Origin: Mobula birostris
Lineage: Eukaryota
Direction of reading: 5' to 3'
Length of the DNA: 64,000 nucleotides
NCBI RefSeq assembly: GCF_030028105.1
Contig: NC_092379.1
Coordinates: 63,934,008-63,998,007, forward strand
This document shows, piece by piece, positions 57,238 through 64,000 of this stretch (position 1 is its first letter; every line of letters starts with the position of its first letter). The notes under the pieces are model-generated. The model was not told where the DNA came from. It did not search any database and worked only from the letters and a program-made list of their open reading frames with translations. The translations under genes and the position numbers were made by a program.

Positions 57238-60149
57238 CAGTGGAAGGCTCCTCCTGTGAGATGTGGAATTTCAGGGTAGCTGACAGTCCCCCTGATGACT
57301 ATGTCTGCAGGAAGTGTACCCAGCTTCATCTCCTGACTGACAAGGTGAAAGAGCTGGAGCTGGAGCTGGATTTACTCAGGAACATCCAGGAGGCTGAAAC
57401 CCTGATAGAGGGCATTTTACTGAAGTGGTCATGCCCAGAGTGTAGGCTTCATATAGTAGATGGGTGACCACCTGGAGAAGCAATGGTAATAAACTGTCAG
57501 TGCAGATTTCCCCAGTGGCCATACCCCTCAGCAACAAGTATACTATACCTTTGGATACCACCAGGGCTTATGATCTGTCAGTGCTCAACAGCAGCAGCCA
57601 GGCCAGTTCTGAGTCTCAACAGGGAAGGGTACAGTCAGACCATAGTTAGGGTGACGGACAGGAGATCCTGTGGCTGCGAAAGAGATGCTAGGGTTGTCTG
57701 TTGCCTCCCAAGTGCTTGGGTCCAGGATGTCTCAGAACGGTTGCAGAAGGTTCTTAAGAGAGAGGGTGAGTAGCCAGAGGTTGTGGTGCTCATGGCACCA
57801 ATAGCATAGGCAGAAAGGAGGAAGGGGCTCTGCACTGTGAGCAGAGGGAGTTAGGGTAGAGACTGGAGAAGGACCTCCAAGGTAGTAATATCTGGATTAT
57901 TCCCAGTACCATGTCCTACTTAGGGCAGGAATAGGACGACAGCCCAGAAGAATGAATGGCGGAGGAAGTGGGGCAGGGACACAGTTTCAGATTTCTGGAT
58001 CATTGGCATCTCTTCTGGGGAAAGTATGACCTGTACAAAAAGAACATTTTATACCTGACCCTAAGGGGGGACCAATGTCTTTGTGGGCTGGTTGATTAGA
58101 GCCCTTGGAGAGGGTTTAAACTAATTTATCAGGGGGATGGGAAATGGAACGATGGGGCTGAGGATAGGACAACTGGTATACAAGTCGATGCATTGTGTCG
58201 TGAGACTGTGAGGAAGAATGGGCAAATGATAGGACAAAATTGTAGTCAGAGGGATGAGTTGAAGTGTAACATGGGGACAAACTTAAAAAGGCTGATGAAT
58301 GCAGGACCAAAGGTGTTAATTTGAATGGAAGCAGTGTGCAGAATAAGTTTGATGACTTTGTAGCGCAGTTAGAGATTGGTAGGTATGACGTTGCGGGCAT
58401 CACTGGGTTGTGGTTGAAAGAAGATCATAGTTGGGAGCTGAATATCCAAGGATGCACATTGTATCAGAAGGACAGGCAGGAAGGCAGAGGGGGTGGGTGG
58501 CTCTGTTAGTAAGAAATTCAATCAAATCCTTGTAAAGAGGTGACATAGTATCAGAAGATATAGCATCCTTGTGAGTAGAGTTAAGAAACAGCAAGGGTAA
58601 AAAGATCGTGATGGGAGTTACATCAGGATATTAGATATAAATTTACAACAGCAGATAGAAAAGCCATATAATAAGGACAAAGGAACGATAGCCATAAGGG
58701 ATTTCAATATGCAGGTAGATTGGGAAGATTAGGTTGGTGCTGGATCACAAGAGAGGGAATTTGTAGAATGCCTACAAGGTGGGTTTTTTTTTGAGCCCAC
58801 TAGGGGAAAGGCAATTCTAGATTCGGTACTGTGTAAGGAACCAGATTTGGTTAAGGAACTAAAGGTAAAGGAATCCTTAGGAGGCAGTGAACATAGTATG
58901 ATAGAATTCACCCTGCAGTTTGAGAGGGAGAAAACAAAGTCAGTGGAGTAAAGGGAATTACAGAGGCATGAGTGAGGAACTAGTCAAAAATGATTGGAAG
59001 GGAACACTGTCAGGGATGACAGCAGAACAACAATGGCTGGAGATTCTGGGGGCAACTCGGAAGGCACAGGATAGAAACATCACAAAGATGGAAAAGTATT
59101 TTAAAAGGAGGATGAGGCAACCATGTCTGACAGGGGAAGTAAAAAACAGCATAAAAACAAAAGAGATGGCATACAATATAGCAAAAATTAGTGGGAAGTT
59201 AGAGGATTGGGAAGCTTTTAAAAATCAACAGAAGAGAACTAAAAAAGCAATAAGGAGAGAAATGATGAAATATGAAGGTAAACTACACAATAGTATAAGA
59301 GAGGATATCAGAAGTTTTTTTTCAAATTGGTAAAAAGTAATAGACAGGGAAGAGTGGATATTGGCCCACTGGAAAGGTAGAAATGGAGGACAAAGAAATG
59401 GTGGATAAACTTGATAAGTATTTTGCATCAGTTTTCACTATGGAAGACACAAGAGTATGCCAGAAACTTGAGAGTGTGAGTACAGTTTCTACTACTAAGG
59501 AGAGGGTGCTTGGGAAGGTGAAAGATCTGAAAGTAGATAAGTCACCTAGACCAGATAGACTAATACCCAAGATTTGGAAAGAGGTGCTGAACTAACTGTG
59601 GAAGCATTAATTATGATCTTTCAAGAATCACTAGATTCTAGAATGGTTCCGGATGAGTTGAAAATTGCAAATATCACTTGACTCTTTAAGAAGGGAGGTA
59701 GGTGGGTGAAAGAAAATTATAAACCAGTCAGCCTGATTTCGGTGGTTGAGAAGATGTTGGAGTCCATTATTAAGGATGATGTTTCGGGGTACTTGCCTGA
59801 TAAATCTTGCCTGATAAATCTGCTGGAATCCTTTGAGGAAATAACAGACAGGGTAGACAAAGGGGAATCCCTAGAAGTTAACCTGCAAGTTGAGTTGGTG
59901 GCAAGGAAAGCAAATGTAATGTTGGCATTCATTTTGTGAGAACTAGAACATAAAGAGCACAATGTAATGCTGAGGCTTTATAAGATATTGTTCAGACTGC
60001 ACTTGGAGTGTTATGAGTAGTTTTTGGGCCCATTATCTAAAAAAAGATGTGGTGGTATTGGAGAAAATCCAGAGTATGTTCACAAGGATAATTCCAGGAA
60101 TGAAAGGGTTAATGTATGCGGAGCATTTGATGGTCATGTGCTTTTACTC

Positions 60150-61800
60150 CTATACACACTTTAAAAGGGAGAACACAACTACAGCTGTGAAGATCCCTGC
60201 TGCACCTAATGACACTGGGATCTCCGTCTCAGAGGCCGATGTTAGGCTGTCTTTAAAGAGAGTGAACCCTCGCAAGGGGGAAGGTCCAGATGGAGTACCT
60301 GGTATGGCTCTGAAAACCTGTGCCAACCAACTAGTGGGAGTACTCAAGGGCATTTTCAACTTCTCACTGCTACGGGTGGAAGTTCCCACTTGCTTCAAAC
60401 AGGCAACAATTATACCAGTGCCTAAGAAGAAGAATGTGGGCTGCCTTAATGACTATCATCACTCACATCGACAGTGATGAAATGCTTTGAGAGGTTGGTT
60501 ATGACTAGACTGAACTCCTGCCTCAGCAGGGACCTGGACCCATTGCAATTTGCATATCTCCATAATAGGTCAATGGTAGACGCAATCTCAATGGCTCTCC
60601 ACACATCTTGAGACCACCTAGACAACACATACACCTACATCAGGATGCTGTTCATCAACTATAGCTCAGCATTTAATACCATCATTCCCACAATCCTGAT
60701 TGAGATGTTGCAGAACTAGGGCCTATACCTCCCTCTGCAATTGGATCTTTGTCTTCCTAACTGGAGGACCATGATCTGTGCAGATTGGTGATAACATACC
60801 CTCCTTACTGACGATCAACTCTGGCACACCTCCGGGGTGTGAGCTTAGCCCACTGCTCTCCTCTCTATATACACATGACTGTGTGTCTAGGCATAACTCA
60901 AGTACAATCTATAAATTTGCTGACAATACAGCCATTGTTGGTAGAATCTCAGGTGGTGACAAGAGGGCGTACAGGAGTGAGATATGCCAATTGGTGGAGT
61001 GGTACTACAGCAACAACCTGGCACTCAATGTCAGTAAGACGAAAGAGCTGATTGTGGACTTCAGGAAGGGTAAGACGAAGAAACACCTACCAATCCTCAT
61101 CAGAAGTGGAGAGAGTGAGTAGCTTCAAGTTCCTGGGTATCAAGATCTCTGAGGATCTAATCTGGTCCAAACATATCGATGTAGTTATAAAGAAGACATG
61201 ACAGTGGCTATACTTTATTAGGAGTTTGAAGAGATTTGGCCTGTCAACAAATACACTCAAAAACTTCTATAGTTGTACCATGGAGAGCATTCTGACAGGC
61301 TGCATCACTGTCTGGTATGCAGGGGCTACAGCACAGGACCGAAAGAAGCTGCAGAAGGTTGTAAATCTAGGCAGCTCCATCTTGGGTACTTACCTTCAAA
61401 GTACCCAGGACATCATTAGGGAGCAGTGCCTCAGAAAGGCAGCGTCCATTATTAAGGACCTCCAGCATCCAGGACATGCCCTTCTCTCACTGTTACCATC
61501 AGGTAGGAGGTACAGAAGCCTGAAGGCACACACTCAGCGATTCAGGAATAGCTTCTTCCCCTCTGCCATCCGATTCCTAAATGGACATTGAATCTCTGGA
61601 CATTACCTCACTTTTTTTAATATACAGAATTTCTGTTTTTGCATGATTTTTAATCTATTGAATATACGTAATTGACTTACTTGTTTATTTATTATTATTA
61701 TTTTTCTCTGCTAGATTATGTATTGCATTGAACTACTGCTGCTAAGTTAACAAATATCATGTCATATGCAGGTGATAATAAACCTGATTCTGATTCTGAT
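60150..61800 (+). mobile_element. 5'-truncated Rex1/Babar LINE inserted in CR1
   Basis: GPDGVPGMALKTCANQL, IYKFADNTAIVGRI, ESILTGCITVWY, LPSGRRYRSLKAHTQRFRNSFFPSAIRFLN; tail aataaacc(tgattc)n; probable short TSD ttact. Confidence 0.93.
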
Positions 61801-62194
61801 TACTTGCTGGAGTTTAGAAGAATGAGGGGGCATCTCATTGACACCTATCGAATGTCGAAAGTCCTACATGGAGTGGATGTGGGGAGGATGTTTCCTACAG
61901 TGTGTGAGTCTTGGAGCACAGGGACGCCCATTCAGAACAGGGTTGAGGAGCAATTTCTTTAGCAAGAAGGCGGTCAATCTGTGGAATTCATTGCCAAGGA
62001 CAGCTGTGGAGGGCCACGTAGAGAGCATATTTAAAGTAGAGCTTGGTAAATTCTTGATTAATCTGGGTATCAAGGGTTATGGGAGAAGACAGGAGAATGA
62101 GATTGAGAGGGATAATAAATCAGCCATGATGGAATGGCAGAGCAGACACGAAGAGATGAATGGCCTGTTCTGCTCCTGTGACTTGTTTCCTGTT

Positions 62195-62410
62195 TGGCAC
62201 CTTACGTACAACCTAGCATCACTTTATGGACACATCATCATTCTAGCTATGTAAGCCATCTTATGTATTTATATTCATTGTGTTTTTGTTATTACTGTGT
62301 TCTTTATCTTTTGTGGTGTTTTGTGTTCCATTGGATCTGGAGTAACAATTATTTTGTTCCTTTACACTTGCATACAGGCAATGAGGTTAAATAATCTTGA
62401 ATCTTGAATC
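62195..62410 (+). mobile_element. Rex1/Babar 3' UTR tail
   Basis: Similar to 41385-41605; ends ataatcttgaatcttgaatc. Confidence 0.75.
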
Positions 62411-63409
62411 ATAGTACAGCTGTATGTTAATTTTATGTGTAATTTCACAAAAAAACATTAGCCATAAATTTGAAATAAATTTTCCCTTGAGCATACATGG
62501 TGCCTTCTTGAGCTAGCCCCATTCGCCTGCACTTGGTCCATATTCTCCGAAACATTTCCCACTTCTCCAATTGCCTTTTGAAAGTTATGATTTTTTCTCA
62601 TTTCTATCATTTCCTTTGGCGTTGCATTCCAAATACCCACTAACTTAAAAATCATTTATTTTTACTGCTTCTCAATTGTATAATATTTTCACATTTGGCT
62701 TTATCTAAGCCAGTTACCCAGAATTATGCCCTTGATTTCTCAACACCCTTACCTTCTTGTCTCGATGCAAAGACTGTCCAGTGGTGTGGTCACAGCAGCG
62801 CATGAGTTCCAGATATGCACTACAGAACCCTCCCATCCCTGAAATACACGTGAAAGCCTCGACCAAGATCTCACAAGATGGGATTAAACTATCACACAAC
62901 ATATTAATTATGTAAGTGAATGTGAGAGAAAAACCATACCTGAGGTTTCATACTCACTGGAGCTTTGCAACCCTGAAGCCTTATAATTTGTTCATGAGAC
63001 TTATTACCTCTATTCTTCCATTAATGTTCATCGTAGTTCAGAACAATTTAAGCTTAACTTATAACTTCTGGCACATTGGTCTTAGTGCCAGAATTTTATA
63101 CCAGCGAGTTAGTAAGTTACTTCATTGTCAATGCTGAAGACAACAAGATAGCAGTGCTCCTCCATTCAGTGTAAAACAGCATACTGGCAATTCAACTACT
63201 ACAAACACAACGACTAAATTTCAACTAACATCGGAGTTATTTAGAGTGACATCCGAGTTACAGCTGAATTAGAAACAAGCTGCTCTAAAATTACAAGAAA
63301 AAGTGGCTGCCTCATTCAAGAAATTGCACTTGTCTGTGTTATAAAATACAACGCTTAAATGTAAAGTAGCATCAGGAATTATGCCCATGTATTGTACTTA
63401 GAGGCTGTC

Positions 63410-64000
63410 CATTGTACCTATGGACTATGGGTGGGAGGGGGTCATTGTTCAGTTGCAGGACAGCCCTGGGGAAAAAGCTGCTTTTTTGTCTGAATGTCTG
63501 TGCAGTGATGGTTCTGTATCACCTGCCAGATAGTAGGAGATTGAACAGGTGGTCACTGGGGTGGGTAAAACCCATTATGATTTTGCAAGCCCGCAGTTGT
63601 AGATGGTTTCTCTATCCGGTAGTTGTGTCCCAGTGATGTTCTGTGAATTCTTGATCACTCATCAAAGTACTTTCTGGTTGATCTTGTTGATGCCATACTG
63701 TAACAACCAGAATGTTCTCAATTACACATAGATGAAGGTTTGCCAGCAGGATTTGGGGCAGATTAGCTCTCTTTAAATTCCTAAGGTGGGATACCTGCTG
63801 CTGAGCGTTTCCTACTATCAGGGAGGTGTTGGTGGTCCAAGGGAGCTCCTCTTAAATTTGGAGACCCATTCTACTGCTTCACTCTTTATCAGCAGTGGAG
63901 TTAGTTCTTTCTTCTTGATTTCCGAAATCGATAATCATTTCTTTGGTTTTTTTATGTTGATTGAAAGATTATGGTTACTGCACCATTCGGACAGTTTCTG
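63410..64000 (-). mobile_element. Old Rex1/Babar RT C-terminal fragment running off the window
   Basis: Minus-strand remnants KEMIIDFG, GKRSAAGIP~KAQQR, LLSGRWYR, SFFPRAV. Confidence 0.7.

Larger units (their letters stand above)
56460..62180 (+). mobile_element. Degenerate, internally deleted CR1 LINE interrupted by a MITE and a Rex1/Babar copy
   Basis: ORF1 SSCEMW..DDYVCRKCTQLHLL, CCLPSAWVQDVSERL; APE YDVAGITGLWL; RT NYKPVSLISVVEKMLESII; CR1 resumes at 61801 (tacttgctggagtttagaag) and ends in a CR1 tail. Confidence 0.9.

Noticed and set aside
63067-63094. Hairpin ttctggcac-n10-gtgccagaa
   Set aside because: A 9-bp stem is within chance expectation for 64 kb and has no supporting context.

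Overview
This is eukaryotic, repeat-dense genomic DNA. The repeat inventory points to a cartilaginous fish, most likely a ray (inference): esterase-ORF1 CR1 LINEs, Rex1/Babar LINEs, Penelope-like elements, V-SINEs, DeuSINEs, Tc1/mariner and hAT MITEs, and a Gypsy relic. I recognise no host protein-coding gene. Every ORF I can assign to a protein family is a broken transposon ORF, so the window reads as intergenic or deep intronic. It shows heavy nesting of insertions, several with readable target-site duplications (TSDs). The most notable signal is a minimal type I hammerhead ribozyme (AGTC-CTGAnGA-stem II-GAAACGTC-GACT) at the 3' end of a Penelope element (44535-44570, minus). The same motif recurs in short, TSD-flanked, non-coding Penelope-derived insertions: intact at 4692-4727 and decayed at about 913, 15240, 17915 and 19740. 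Other points are a mariner foldback MITE built from two 3' ends, a compound Tc1-type MITE whose inverted repeats are themselves hairpins, a minisatellite born inside a SINE, a pre-miRNA-sized hairpin, and a TE-poor block (about 24.2-35 kb) with enhancer/promoter-like motif clusters and unassigned exon-like segments. Element boundaries without a TSD or TIR are approximate, and family names come from motif recognition rather than database searches.
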